Numbered from the stretch's first letter, positions 27,690 through 37,088 are shown. The stretch: DNA of 45,289 bases from a virus (IMGVR_UViG_3300033434_000006:1-45289), one strand, 5' to 3'. Notes: generated from the sequence alone by a model not told the origin. Numbers and translations are program-made.

Positions 27690-28181
27690 TTAAAAACAGC
27701 CTCGTTTATACGCTAATATCCTGGTCAACCCAACTATTTCTTTCCACCAGGATGTCAATGTCTGGTCGCTTATCCACCATCGGTCTATCATGCTGCTGTT
27801 ATTTAATTCAGCCATTCTTTCTGCATAATGTCGTTGTACATATACTCGCCAAACCTCATGCCCATTTACCGTCATGTTCTTTTGCCTAGCTTCTCGGCGA
27901 ACGTCAAGGAATGTCCTCTTTTTCGGGCCAAGCATACTTTCTACCAACTCAATAGTAAGCAGCCACTTTTCAGCCCTTTCAAGTTCTGCCAAACGGACAA
28001 CCTTCTGCATAACCACATTGCCAGCACCTGTCCTTACGTAGACCTCAGGCATAGAGCGCTCATCCTGGATATAGTTAAGGTCGCTAAAATACTGTTTCTT
28101 ACGGTCTTCGTAAAATAGTAGCCATTCGGCAGCCGTTTCAAAGTCTTGTCCAATTTCTCTCAAAACATCTTCTCTCCCCAC
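27690..28181 (-). CDS. Putative late transcriptional activator (RinA/ArpU-like position)
   Basis: Last early gene, helical with a sigma-4-like C-terminus; inferred from synteny. Confidence 0.55.
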   Translation of the reverse strand: MGREDVLREIGQDFETAAEWLLFYEDRKKQYFSDLNYIQDERSMPEVYVRTGAGNVVMQKVVRLAELERAEKWLLTIELVESMLGPKKRTFLDVRREARQKNMTVNGHEVWRVYVQRHYAERMAELNNSSMIDRWWISDQTLTSWWKEIVGLTRILAYKRGCF

Positions 28182-28202
28182 GCCTAACCCCTCCCCACAA
28201 AA

Positions 28203-28466
28203 TCAAATATCTAAGCCATTATCCCCAAGCCATTTAGTAAAGTCGACCACATCTTCTATTCCATAGCCCAGTTCTACGGCTTCTTCACACACAAACCAAT
28301 CTCTAATAAATTTTGTCAATGTAATCCTAAATTGGTCATATGACATTAGGTGCAAAAAAGTGAATACCTGACGTTTTAACGCTTCATCATGTATGCCGCT
28401 GTCCGTAGCACCCTGGTCATAGGCATATAGGCCATCCAAAGCCTCAAATAATTTTGATTCCTCCAC
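28203..28466 (-). CDS. Hypothetical protein
   Basis: ORF track; translationally coupled. Confidence 0.65.
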   Translation of the reverse strand: MEESKLFEALDGLYAYDQGATDSGIHDEALKRQVFTFLHLMSYDQFRITLTKFIRDWFVCEEAVELGYGIEDVVDFTKWLGDNGLDI

Positions 28467-28744
28467 TACATACTCGCCTGCCTGTCCCCTAGCTCGGCAC
28501 GTTTCCCATCATTAAAGTTGCTAACCTCGGATAAGTAGCCCGTAATTCGCCTTATCCGCCTAATAGGTGACCGCTCATGCGCCTCAATCACAACCTCATC
28601 ACCATCGGCCTTAATCATCATCCAGTCTATCTGTTTATGCTGTTTCTTCCACTCGGCAATCTCCTGATTAGCGTATACTGTAGCCTCTTTATCGCTAATA
28701 TCATCGGTGTATGTCACCCTAACGCCATTGACCATGAATTGCAT
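28466..28744 (-). CDS. Stand-alone NrdD C-terminal glycyl-radical domain protein
   Basis: RIRRITGYL...FNDGKRAELGDR matches class III RNR C-termini. 92 aa with its own SD. Confidence 0.82.
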   Translation of the reverse strand: MQFMVNGVRVTYTDDISDKEATVYANQEIAEWKKQHKQIDWMMIKADGDEVVIEAHERSPIRRIRRITGYLSEVSNFNDGKRAELGDRQASM

Positions 28745-28762
28745 GTTAACCCCTCCCAGACA

Positions 28763-28915
28763 TTAATTCCAATTTCTAGCTAAACTTTGCTTATTGCAAA
28801 AAAGGCAATGCCATATCTCAGCTGTCCATGTTGTTACATTATTTTTTTCGCCACAACACGGACAGCGTTTTTTTATTACGCATGTATTAGTAGCTCCGTC
28901 TATAAATACTTCCAT
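28763..28915 (-). CDS. 50-aa zinc-ribbon protein
   Basis: Manual translation: CPCCG...WHCLFC; SD GGAGG. Confidence 0.55.
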   Translation of the reverse strand: MEVFIDGATNTCVIKKRCPCCGEKNNVTTWTAEIWHCLFCNKQSLARNWN

Positions 28916-29035
28916 GTTATCCCCTCCCCAACGCAAAATGGGACAGCTTATACTGCCCCTAATCGCTTATTTATTTCTCTCACTGTCTGTACCAGCATTA
29001 CCACCGCGCCAATCAGTGCCGCTAAGACTATCATC

Positions 29036-29428
29036 TTAATCATTGCTGGCCTCCCCTACTGCTAAGAGCGCGGCCTTGCATACTACTTCTGCCGTTGTAT
29101 CACCATAAGCATGGAAACAGTTGGAGTCTTTTATATATAAACCGTCTGTATAGTCTGACTCTGCAAAACAGCAATGCTGTGTAGGCTTTTCGAATCTCCA
29201 ATCATCGAGAATATTTATACAATATTTAAAACCAAGTTCATACATTTTTTCAACAACTTCCCACGCGGCCGCAATTGATTTACTATACTCCGGTATTGCT
29301 GATATGCTAAGGCCGTCAATATACTTTTTGCCATGGCCTTGGTATATCTTAAAACCTATAATTTTTTCAGCAATTAAAGCGTCTAACTTATTACCCGGCT
29401 CCATTGCCAATATTTCATTTTTACTCAT
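29036..29428 (-). CDS. Phage ABA-sandwich (BC1872-like) protein
   Basis: LDALIAEKI..YSKSIAAAWEVVEKM..VCKAALLA. Confidence 0.8.
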   Translation of the reverse strand: MSKNEILAMEPGNKLDALIAEKIIGFKIYQGHGKKYIDGLSISAIPEYSKSIAAAWEVVEKMYELGFKYCINILDDWRFEKPTQHCCFAESDYTDGLYIKDSNCFHAYGDTTAEVVCKAALLAVGEASND

Positions 29429-29522
29429 TCCTCACGCCCCCTTTATCGCTACTGCCACCACTACACTCGCGCCGATCAGTGCAAGCCAACCGGGCGGAGT
29501 GCAGAGCAGGTGGTATATTATG

Positions 29523-29834
29523 TTAGTCAGTTTTTGTATTGCAGGTCGCCTCCTTGTTTGAAATATCCTGTTTTACTTTTTCCAAGTAATCAATTACAAC
29601 CTGTACAGATTCCGGTTTAGCAAACCACAGCATTACTTTTGGATATATTCCTGCTTCATCAAAAGTTTGACCGAAATGGTTCCCTATATTTTCGCCTATG
29701 GCATGGGGTACATTTTGTGAAAACCACACGGCCTCCATTTTACCAACGCTATTTCCAGATACGCCGACCCTTATATCTCCAGTGCCATCAAAATGGCATA
29801 TAACTCTTTTATCATCTGTTTTAATCATCGCCAA
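29523..29834 (-). CDS. Hypothetical protein
   Basis: ORF track; early operon. Confidence 0.65.
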   Translation of the reverse strand: MAMIKTDDKRVICHFDGTGDIRVGVSGNSVGKMEAVWFSQNVPHAIGENIGNHFGQTFDEAGIYPKVMLWFAKPESVQVVIDYLEKVKQDISNKEATCNTKTD

Positions 29835-30298
29835 TCCCCCTTAGCGCAGTGGCTATCACCATCCAAAGTAACAGTTCCAGCCGTTTTAATATCGCCCAGC
29901 GCAATTTTGATACGCCTTTTACTGTTTTCATCACACTTTTGGGCTAAAAGTTCCGCATATGACCTAACTGAATCACGCTTGCCTTTAATACCGTGTTCGA
30001 TTATTTTAACTATTTCAGTGCTTACATGACGGCTGTTTTCCAACTCAGCCACCCTAGCCTCCAACTGTCCATTTTTCTTTGACAGTTCATCTGCCCTGGC
30101 TTTTTCGGCCTGTAGGTCTATGGTAAGCTGTTCATTTTGTCGGATTAGACAGTTTTGTACTTTGTCCTTGGAATAAACTATCGTAGTAACTACCTTATCT
30201 TCCGCTTCGTCTTCATCCATTACCCTTTTATATCCGCATTCACATACTTCTTCCATGTAGTAATGATAATTCGAATTTTCGTGTTTACAATCACTCAC
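29825..30298 (-). CDS. Hypothetical protein
   Basis: ORF track; overlaps neighbours. Confidence 0.65.
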   Translation of the reverse strand: MSDCKHENSNYHYYMEEVCECGYKRVMDEDEAEDKVVTTIVYSKDKVQNCLIRQNEQLTIDLQAEKARADELSKKNGQLEARVAELENSRHVSTEIVKIIEHGIKGKRDSVRSYAELLAQKCDENSKRRIKIALGDIKTAGTVTLDGDSHCAKGDWR

Positions 30299-30746
30299 CC
30301 TTGCTCACCAACCTTTCAGCTAATTGCCAATCCTTGAAACTAGCACTATCATCACAAGGCGTACAATCAAAATTATAATCATAGTACCCATACTCATCTT
30401 GTGGGGTTAATTTGCACCCGCGATCATCCTGCTGCCAAATCATGTGTTCACAGTTATCACAGCACCTTAACGCCTTATTATCACGCTCCAACTGCTCAAT
30501 CTTTTCGAGCAGTTCGGCTCCGGCTGTAGATTTAGGAGATAACGCTGTTTCGCATATGTGCTGAGTACTACCTGCAATACTACAATAATTAGCTTTATCT
30601 AAATGTTTTCTATGAATTTCTTCCAATGCCACACGCATAGCCGCTATTGTAACCTGTGCCTGTTGTAGTTGCTGGCGAAGGTCGGCTTCCTTGCAATCTC
30701 TACATATCGCCCCTTCTGGTATCCATCCATGTTTACATTCACCCAT
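30291..30746 (-). CDS. Hypothetical protein (Cys motifs, coiled coil)
   Basis: ORF track; SD GAAAGGGG. Confidence 0.65.
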   Translation of the reverse strand: MGECKHGWIPEGAICRDCKEADLRQQLQQAQVTIAAMRVALEEIHRKHLDKANYCSIAGSTQHICETALSPKSTAGAELLEKIEQLERDNKALRCCDNCEHMIWQQDDRGCKLTPQDEYGYYDYNFDCTPCDDSASFKDWQLAERLVSKGE

Positions 30747-30764
30747 CACTTACCGCCCCTTTCT

Positions 30765-31016
30765 CTAACCCATGGTATCCGCTTGAACGACATGATCTGG
30801 AACGTCCTCAAACATTATGGTATATTTACCAAACTTCAAGCTTTTTCCAACTTCTAATTTATCAATATCATTAACAAGGTTTGCCCATTTATCATTAGCA
30901 ATAGGATTGTTGTTATTTAGCAAGTTTGCCTCCGGTATTAGATAACTTGCAATTCTAAATCTGTGAAATTCAACAAAACAAACTTTATCGTTTTTTACTA
31001 CTGCATATGCCTTCAT
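30765..31016 (-). CDS. Hypothetical protein
   Basis: SD present; flanked by 17-bp direct repeats. Confidence 0.6.
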   Translation of the reverse strand: MKAYAVVKNDKVCFVEFHRFRIASYLIPEANLLNNNNPIANDKWANLVNDIDKLEVGKSLKFGKYTIMFEDVPDHVVQADTMG

Positions 31017-31222
31017 TACTTACCGCCCCTTTCTTCTACCGCCTCAGCTACAACCTCGGTAACTTCTGGATCTTCTATTTCTCTTGAACATTCCCAGCAC
31101 AGACAAATGCTGGTATCAAGTTTTTCCCAAGCCTTTTCTTCCGCTTCTTCTTTGGAGTCAGCTTCTACTTCTCCAATGTATTTGCTACCAGTTACCGTTC
31201 CATAAATCCTATACTTAGCCAT
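31016..31222 (-). CDS. Hypothetical acidic protein
   Basis: MAKYRIYG..VEADSKEEAEEKA; SD GGAGG. Confidence 0.7.
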   Translation of the reverse strand: MAKYRIYGTVTGSKYIGEVEADSKEEAEEKAWEKLDTSICLCWECSREIEDPEVTEVVAEAVEERGGK

Positions 31223-31224
31223 TG

Positions 31225-31380
31225 TCAGCCCTCCGGTTCTGTACTTAGTGCCTGTTTCCAGCAAGAAAAGCAATCATCATCATATTCAGCACAATTGTTT
31301 CTTAATCTATAATGGCAAGGGCAATCACCGTTTTCGCAAAGGTTTTCTATTAGCTTATCAATAGCCTTGTCGTTATACAT
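31225..31380 (-). CDS. Small Cys-rich protein
   Basis: MYNDKAID..CPC..C..CW; SD GGAG. Confidence 0.55.
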   Translation of the reverse strand: MYNDKAIDKLIENLCENGDCPCHYRLRNNCAEYDDDCFSCWKQALSTEPEG

Positions 31381-31390
31381 TGTCAGACTC

Positions 31391-31645
31391 CTATGGCTCA
31401 TATTTTTCACAAGTTTTACTTATCGCACAGTAGTTATCGCAAAACGTACCATCAATATCAATATCAATATCAGCATTAATAAGAGTAGTTTGCATCGGGC
31501 ATCCTTCTGAATCACGAAATTCAGTTTCAATTGTCGCCCCCAGCTTCGCAAATCGCAGAAGTTCGGATGTATCTTCTGAGTCATATTCAACACGGTTATT
31601 AGCCGTTAGCATTCCTACTTTGACCAAACACTCTCCCCCGCTCAA
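31391..31645 (-). CDS. Hypothetical protein
   Basis: ORF track. Confidence 0.55.
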   Translation of the reverse strand: MSGGECLVKVGMLTANNRVEYDSEDTSELLRFAKLGATIETEFRDSEGCPMQTTLINADIDIDIDGTFCDNYCAISKTCEKYEP

Positions 31646-32205
31646 TCTTGTCTATAACGCTCATTCGCTTGCCCCTCCCTTAACTCCTTATTTAAAATTT
31701 CAGCAAACATTGGCATAATTTCTGTAGCAAATATCATTGCACTTCTCGGATATTCCTTCACACAATCAAAGGCTTCCCAAGCATCACAAATATCTAAATT
31801 CTTAATTCCGTAACTTTCTATCAGCCGTGAATATGTATAATCAGCGGACATTCCATCTTCCAAATCGTTAATCGCATCAAAAGCCTCCCGTGCCTGATCT
31901 TTACTAATGCTAAGTTCTTTGCGCCACTCAATGACTTTTCCTTTCCACTCGGTAATTGTTTTATCAAAATCGAAATACGATTTGTCGGATACTTTGTTTA
32001 GCAAATAATCATAATCCCGCGTAATTTCGATCAGAAAGTGTTTAAATGTTTTCCTCCCGTGACTAGGCCAACTATAAGAATAATCTCCAAAGCTACTATG
32101 GCAATTAAATAATCCACCGTTTTCATCAATCGTAAATATCGCCCATTCATATTTAAACCGTATATCATAGCGTTCACACGTTGACTTTTTGAAAGTGTAT
32201 TCCAT
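31642..32205 (-). CDS. Hypothetical phage protein
   Basis: 187 aa, SD GGAGGG. Confidence 0.75.
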   Translation of the reverse strand: MEYTFKKSTCERYDIRFKYEWAIFTIDENGGLFNCHSSFGDYSYSWPSHGRKTFKHFLIEITRDYDYLLNKVSDKSYFDFDKTITEWKGKVIEWRKELSISKDQAREAFDAINDLEDGMSADYTYSRLIESYGIKNLDICDAWEAFDCVKEYPRSAMIFATEIMPMFAEILNKELREGQANERYRQD

Positions 32206-32250
32206 TCGCTTACCCCTCCCCGTATAACCCCAGCCTAGCCGGGTATAATA

Positions 32251-32433
32251 TTACCGTAACGTTTCTATGGTCCTTTCTCCTCTAGAACAAGGTCGCTCGT
32301 GCAGTGGCCTTGTTCTTTTTATCTGAGGTGAAAAGTAGTCAATCGCCTTGCCAACCGTATAGTTAATATTGCATATTGCAAGGGCCAACGCCCCATAATT
32401 GTAGAACAGTGGGCTTGGGTCAGTTACCATCAC
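32251..32433 (-). CDS. Hypothetical protein
   Basis: ORF track; overlaps the YopX stop. Confidence 0.45.
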   Translation of the reverse strand: MMVTDPSPLFYNYGALALAICNINYTVGKAIDYFSPQIKRTRPLHERPCSRGERTIETLR

Positions 32434-32843
32434 TGCACCCCATCCCCTTCCAGCAGTTCCGGGTTATCGTGTATATTGCCGATTACTTTTACTGCATGGT
32501 TAGCCGTGTATACTTTTAAATAATCTCTGCCAAGAGTTGCGCTACTAATAGACTCTATATCAAAGCACCCGTCATTAAACTTAACAACCGCTAACAATGT
32601 TTCAATAATTCCCGGTCTGTAAATCCGTACAATATCGCCCTCATAGATTTCCTTGCCGTTTTTGTCCTTTAATCCGGTGTATTGCATTAACTCAAACGAA
32701 TGTATGTCTCGCCATTGCGCGGCCCTTGCTGACCTTTTAGTAATCGGGAAACATAAAACCATTTCTTGAATGAAATCTATCCCTTTTAACTCGCACATTT
32801 CTTTTTTGATCTTATCCCACGCCCGAAACTTTATCTCTCTCAT
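32430..32843 (-). CDS. YopX family protein
   Basis: MREIKFRAWDK, MQYTGLKDKNGKEIYEGDIV, VIGNIHDNPELL. Confidence 0.93.
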   Translation of the reverse strand: MREIKFRAWDKIKKEMCELKGIDFIQEMVLCFPITKRSARAAQWRDIHSFELMQYTGLKDKNGKEIYEGDIVRIYRPGIIETLLAVVKFNDGCFDIESISSATLGRDYLKVYTANHAVKVIGNIHDNPELLEGDGVQ

Positions 32844-32998
32844 CACGCCAACCCCTTCCACCTGTTGCACTTGTCACTAGGCTTAACCTCACGCCCTCGC
32901 CGTACAGTATCTAGCTTGTAGCACACCATGCGCCCCGGATACGCTGCCCTATTTACATTGCCGCATGTAGCGCATACCTGTTTGACTGGCTTATACAT
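32843..32998 (-). CDS. Small Cys-rich protein
   Basis: MYKPVKQVCATC...C..W; SD GGAGGGG. Confidence 0.5.
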   Translation of the reverse strand: MYKPVKQVCATCGNVNRAAYPGRMVCYKLDTVRRGREVKPSDKCNRWKGLA

Positions 32999-33000
32999 CG

Positions 33001-33159
33001 CTACCCCTCCACTACAATCCCAGCGTTGTAATCCACATATGTTTCCTTGCCGCATACTGGGCATTCCAGCCTAACGGCAACAAAATCTCCATGCCATTCA
33101 CACTCAAGCACATCTAAGTCATCATTACTACACTCAGGACAATTACCATCAAAAATCAT
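33001..33159 (-). CDS. 52-aa zinc-ribbon protein
   Basis: Manual translation MIFDGNCPEC...ECPVCG; SD GGAGGGG. Confidence 0.55.
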   Translation of the reverse strand: MIFDGNCPECSNDDLDVLECEWHGDFVAVRLECPVCGKETYVDYNAGIVVEG

Positions 33160-33162
33160 CGT

Positions 33163-33540
33163 CTACCCCTCCAACAACTCAATTTCTATCTCAACCCTTG
33201 GATTATGCTTATCAATCCCCACTACCTCGCTACCGTCAAACCGCCTAAAATACTTGTCATTCTCAACTACCTTGGCCTTTTCCAGGATGTCGGCAGTGGC
33301 CTGTAGCAGATTTATCAAGTCTGGCTCACTCCTGTTGTCTGGCATCCAGTACTTAGCACACAGGTTCATCCTGCCCACCAGCGGAGGTTTTCGCCACTGG
33401 CTTTTTAGCAGCCATAGGCAACTACTCTCATAATCCCTGTAAGCCTTAGACTGTATCGTGGCCCCTGATTTAGTGCGCTCGGTGTGATTTTTTTTTGTTA
33501 TAGGGCGCAGTCCGGCGAGAGTAATTTTTGCTAGGCTCAT
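33163..33540 (-). CDS. rusA: RusA-family Holliday junction resolvase
   Basis: PDLINL...DILEKAKVVENDK..DKHNPRVEIEI. Confidence 0.88.
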   Translation of the reverse strand: MSLAKITLAGLRPITKKNHTERTKSGATIQSKAYRDYESSCLWLLKSQWRKPPLVGRMNLCAKYWMPDNRSEPDLINLLQATADILEKAKVVENDKYFRRFDGSEVVGIDKHNPRVEIEIELLEG

Positions 33541-33541
33541 G

Positions 33542-34042
33542 CTATCCAATCCCCTTTGCCAGCCGCAACACCGTATGCCGCGCTATCTCACATATAACCT
33601 CATTTTCCTCCCGGTCCATGTGCCGTTCTAGCAGGTTGTTATATATTTTCAAGAACTGTGCCCGGTCAATGTTAGGATTTTCACTCCGGCACAATTCAAC
33701 GTACCCCATGCACCGAACCGCCTCGCCTATCAGCTTGTGTGACCACTCAGGCCGCCGGTATGGGTCTAACTTTAGCAATACCTCTGCCCAAGCGTTTTCC
33801 GCACTCGGTATGCGAGCGTTTTGTATTGACTTAACAGCCTTGATTATCCGGCCTGGACTGGGATATTCGTCGCCTCGAAGCATCTTGATTACCGCCATCT
33901 GTGCTAGAGCGTAATCAACATCAAAAAGAAGTAAGTGCCACGTTTTTATGCGGTCAGCAAATTCTTGTTTTTCACCATCAGCCAGTTTCGGAAATATGTT
34001 CGCAATCAATGTCAATATCGCCGTTGTTTCCTGTATTGTCAT
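33542..34042 (-). CDS. Replicative helicase loader/inhibitor (G39P-like)
   Basis: MTIQET..IL..I...FP..W..LL.D, PSAENAW; follows the initiator. Confidence 0.75.
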   Translation of the reverse strand: MTIQETTAILTLIANIFPKLADGEKQEFADRIKTWHLLLFDVDYALAQMAVIKMLRGDEYPSPGRIIKAVKSIQNARIPSAENAWAEVLLKLDPYRRPEWSHKLIGEAVRCMGYVELCRSENPNIDRAQFLKIYNNLLERHMDREENEVICEIARHTVLRLAKGIG

Positions 34043-34889
34043 TTTCCAACCCCTCCAAAAATTCTTTGAATCTAGCAGGACCAGTAGCTTTTTTCTTCAC
34101 CGAAATAGTACCCGACCTAGCACGTTCAAGCATTTTTACAAAATTGTCCGGTCCCATCAGCCAAGTAAAATCTGCTTTCCACCCTCGGTCATTACTCCCG
34201 TTATGGTGCGGCGATTGGCTAGCGTAGCGAAAAACCTCTGTAATTGCTCCCCGTCCATATTCTTTAATCCGTCCGTTAATCAATCCCCGGCGTGTTTTAT
34301 TTAAAGCCTCAGCCTTGGGCATTTTCACACAGGTTGCATTGTATTCATCAAGTACGCCCTGATAATCTGTCTTTGCACCACGGTCCCCGGTTGAGGGGAC
34401 TATAGGGGTTAAAGAAGTATTAGAAGTAGAAGAAGGAATAGAAGGATAAGAAGGAATAGGGTTAAAAGATTCATCTTGGGTTGTTCCAGGGTTCACCTTA
34501 GGTTCACCTTGGGTATTTCTTATGGTTACCTTAGGTTCATCCTCGGTAGGTTCTAGGTCATTGCCAGACATCGGAGGAATAATACTTGCCGTTTCTTTTG
34601 GGTGAACATCCTGGTATTTGTGCCAATTATTAACCTGTATGTACTTGTGACCGTCAACTTCATAGCGGATGATAAACCCCTTACCTGCTATTGCCGCTAT
34701 TAATGTTTCACCATCGCAACTGTCATAAGGTAATAACTCAGCACGCAATTTTTTGGGGCGGTCTTCAAGCCTACCTTCACGGTCTGCTAAATTCCACATA
34801 CCGATTAGTAGCAATCGCGCCAGTGGTTCAAGTTCCGCTATGTCCTCATTTTTGAAAAATCCTGGGTGTATCTCGCGCTTTCTTGGCAA
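33978..34889 (-). CDS. Phage replication initiator protein
   Basis: MPRKREIHPGFFKNE, ARLLLIGMWNLADREGR, GWKADFTWL; TTG start after GGGGG. Confidence 0.85.
   Translation of the reverse strand: MPRKREIHPGFFKNEDIAELEPLARLLLIGMWNLADREGRLEDRPKKLRAELLPYDSCDGETLIAAIAGKGFIIRYEVDGHKYIQVNNWHKYQDVHPKETASIIPPMSGNDLEPTEDEPKVTIRNTQGEPKVNPGTTQDESFNPIPSYPSIPSSTSNTSLTPIVPSTGDRGAKTDYQGVLDEYNATCVKMPKAEALNKTRRGLINGRIKEYGRGAITEVFRYASQSPHHNGSNDRGWKADFTWLMGPDNFVKMLERARSGTISVKKKATGPARFKEFLEGLENDNTGNNGDIDIDCEHISETG
34468..34546. repeat. Iteron-like repeats inside the initiator gene (putative lytic origin)
   Basis: Five degenerate GGTTCACCTT(A/G)GG units at about 34468, 34490, 34501, 34524 and 34534, next to a purine-skewed tract. 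Confidence 0.6.
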
Positions 34890-34941
34890 ATTAGCCGCCC
34901 CCTTGCATAACATAAACCGTAGTTGCATATACTAAACTGGG

Positions 34942-35166
34942 TTACTCTGCCCTGTACTGCCACTTATAAAGAATCTCACAGGCCCGTTGATGTTGCTCCA
35001 TCATACTCATTTCCGGCTTAAACAATCGGCTAGGCTCACTAAACTCAAATTCTGTCTGCACCGGGCTACCCATTGCCACATATTTTCGGTAGCAGCGCGG
35101 CCCATGCTGATGATTTACCGATTCCTGCACCTTTATGGGCCTGCCGCACATTCTGCACCGTTCCAT
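34942..35166 (-). CDS. Small zinc-binding protein (DUF6011-like)
   Basis: CRMCGR..S...HGPRC. Confidence 0.65.
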   Translation of the reverse strand: MERCRMCGRPIKVQESVNHQHGPRCYRKYVAMGSPVQTEFEFSEPSRLFKPEMSMMEQHQRACEILYKWQYRAE

Positions 35167-35169
35167 ACA

Positions 35170-35556
35170 TCAAAAAGGTATATCCTGGTCATCGAATACC
35201 TGACCGCCAAACGGATTAGCGGCTTCCTGCGCCGGCTTGCTAGAACCAAACCGTATATCCTTGCCGATACTCTCCGCGATCAGCACCATGCGGCTGTGTT
35301 TTTGACCGTCCTGGCTATCCCACTTTTCCAGTTTAAGCCGCCCCGCTGCTATCACATTGTCACCCTTGACGATGCTGTTGCCGACCTGCTCAGCTAACTC
35401 TTTAAACGCCTTGACCATAATGCTGAAATATTGATTCTTCCCGTCTTTGTCTTTACCGTCATATACCGAAACGGAGACTTGCGTTATGCAAGTTCCGCTA
35501 TCTGAGTATCTTGTTTCCGGCTCCCACGCCTTACCGGATATAGTAGCCTTATTCAT
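35170..35556 (-). CDS. ssb: Single-stranded DNA-binding protein
   Basis: MNKATISG..PETRY, GRLKLEKW, acidic DDQDIPF tail. Confidence 0.92.
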   Translation of the reverse strand: MNKATISGKAWEPETRYSDSGTCITQVSVSVYDGKDKDGKNQYFSIMVKAFKELAEQVGNSIVKGDNVIAAGRLKLEKWDSQDGQKHSRMVLIAESIGKDIRFGSSKPAQEAANPFGGQVFDDQDIPF

Positions 35557-36430
35557 TTGCCGCCTCCTTGTGTTCGCTAATCCGATCATCCAACCAGCTA
35601 ATCAAATCCTCGGCTTGGTCAATTGTTAAATCGTTGCTGCTCTCAACGCTGTAGGTAGTATGGATATGCTCCTTGATACCGTCGACTGTCATTCCGGCTT
35701 GTTTAGACATAGCAAACATCTGCTTGCGCTGTGAGTCTGTCAGCCTCGGTTTAGGAGGCTCTGCGCCAGATTCTAGCCACTCTAGCAACGTGCGCCCTGT
35801 TTCCTCACTTGGTATCCATTGTTTGCTGTCAAACAGTCCCGTTCTATCCTTGTTAGTTTCCGCTAAGTGGTGCATATTAAGATTTATTGCTACCGTTACC
35901 TCATATTCAGCGCCATCCCTCATAATTGGGGCCATGCCCACCTTCTCAGGTACTTGCTTGCCGTTCTTCTCAGTTAAAACATAGTCTTGCTTCGAGCGCA
36001 TTGTAAAAATGATATGACATTTTGATTGAAGAATCGTTTCCATCATCTTCTGATATACCGGAGTAACCTTTGCCCATGCCGTGTAACTGTTACCACCAAT
36101 CTTCTCATGCCGCTCTAGCAATCCGCCCTCGCCAGCCCAGTAGTGAGTAAGGCTGTCAATTATGATCACATCGTACTTTTCTTTTTCAGCCTCTTTGATA
36201 ACATTGATCAATTTTTCCGGTTCATATGGTTTTTCCATGACGAATATGTCATAGTCGCCAAGGCTAGAATATAAACTTCCACTACCATTCTCACTGTCAA
36301 TCAATACGACTTTATTACCAAGACCAAAAGCTACCCTGAGAGCGGAATAAGTTTTTCCGCTCCCTGCTGGGCCGCTAACCGAAAGACGAAGTTTAGCTTT
36401 TGACCGTTCGGCCTTTTTAAATATGCTCAT
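35549..36430 (-). CDS. Sak4-like AAA recombination ATPase
   Basis: GPAGSGKTYSAL, IIIDSLTHYW; adjacent to SSB. Confidence 0.88.
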   Translation of the reverse strand: MSIFKKAERSKAKLRLSVSGPAGSGKTYSALRVAFGLGNKVVLIDSENGSGSLYSSLGDYDIFVMEKPYEPEKLINVIKEAEKEKYDVIIIDSLTHYWAGEGGLLERHEKIGGNSYTAWAKVTPVYQKMMETILQSKCHIIFTMRSKQDYVLTEKNGKQVPEKVGMAPIMRDGAEYEVTVAINLNMHHLAETNKDRTGLFDSKQWIPSEETGRTLLEWLESGAEPPKPRLTDSQRKQMFAMSKQAGMTVDGIKEHIHTTYSVESSNDLTIDQAEDLISWLDDRISEHKEAANE

Positions 36431-36439
36431 CGGATAATT

Positions 36440-36757
36440 TCACTTCCTTCTTAGCTTCATAGTGCAACGGTCTAATTCTTCCGCTGTGCAGTTATGAAAC
36501 ATCTTTTTAACGTTAATGCTGGTAGTTACGTCGGGGTCATATTCAAGTCGATTGCATTCCTGCATTAAATCCATTCGGGCACATGATAGAATATAATCTT
36601 CGTCTTGCTCCGTTCGCTGAATGGTTATATCCTCTACAGGGCCATCAAGGTATTTCCATAGCCCCATTTTTTTAGGTATTGAATAATCGCCGTTGAAATA
36701 AATTGCCGCTTGTCGCTCTTTTTCACACATCCAATCGAAGTCGGGGTCGTCTCTCAT
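36440..36757 (-). CDS. Hypothetical protein
   Basis: ORF track. Confidence 0.6.
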   Translation of the reverse strand: MRDDPDFDWMCEKERQAAIYFNGDYSIPKKMGLWKYLDGPVEDITIQRTEQDEDYILSCARMDLMQECNRLEYDPDVTTSINVKKMFHNCTAEELDRCTMKLRRK

Positions 36758-37041
36758 TTTGCGCCCACCATTCCGCGAAACATGCGTTTCATTTCTCTTA
36801 GCTCCGATAGTTCAGTTTCAAGTGCTGAAATACGATCATCGAACATTTCCAGCATATCCGCTGCAGTATCAAGATTGACTTGCAGGTTACGGTAATAAGG
36901 GCTTGTAATCCGTTTGCCTACTACATGAGGTTTAGCCACTGGCTGTACTGGTTTTATATATGGGCTTAATGCCCGTTCGATTGTCGCGTTTAACATTGTC
37001 ATTGTCCAATCAATCCCTTCGTGATATAATTGGGTTAGCAA
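36754..37041 (-). CDS. Hypothetical coiled-coil protein
   Basis: ORF track. Confidence 0.6.
   Translation of the reverse strand: MLTQLYHEGIDWTMTMLNATIERALSPYIKPVQPVAKPHVVGKRITSPYYRNLQVNLDTAADMLEMFDDRISALETELSELREMKRMFRGMVGAK
37002..37030 (+). promoter_or_regulatory. SigA-type antisense promoter
   Basis: TTGTCC-17bp-TATAAT with extended TG. Confidence 0.6.
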
Positions 37042-37088
37042 ATCTACTAACCGTTCCTAAAGGCCACTCCTGCCCGAGTGGTTTTTCT
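37037..37088 (+). ncRNA. Candidate ~50-nt antisense RNA
   Basis: Promoter above plus terminator ggccactc-ctgccc-gagtggtt-ttt. Confidence 0.45.
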
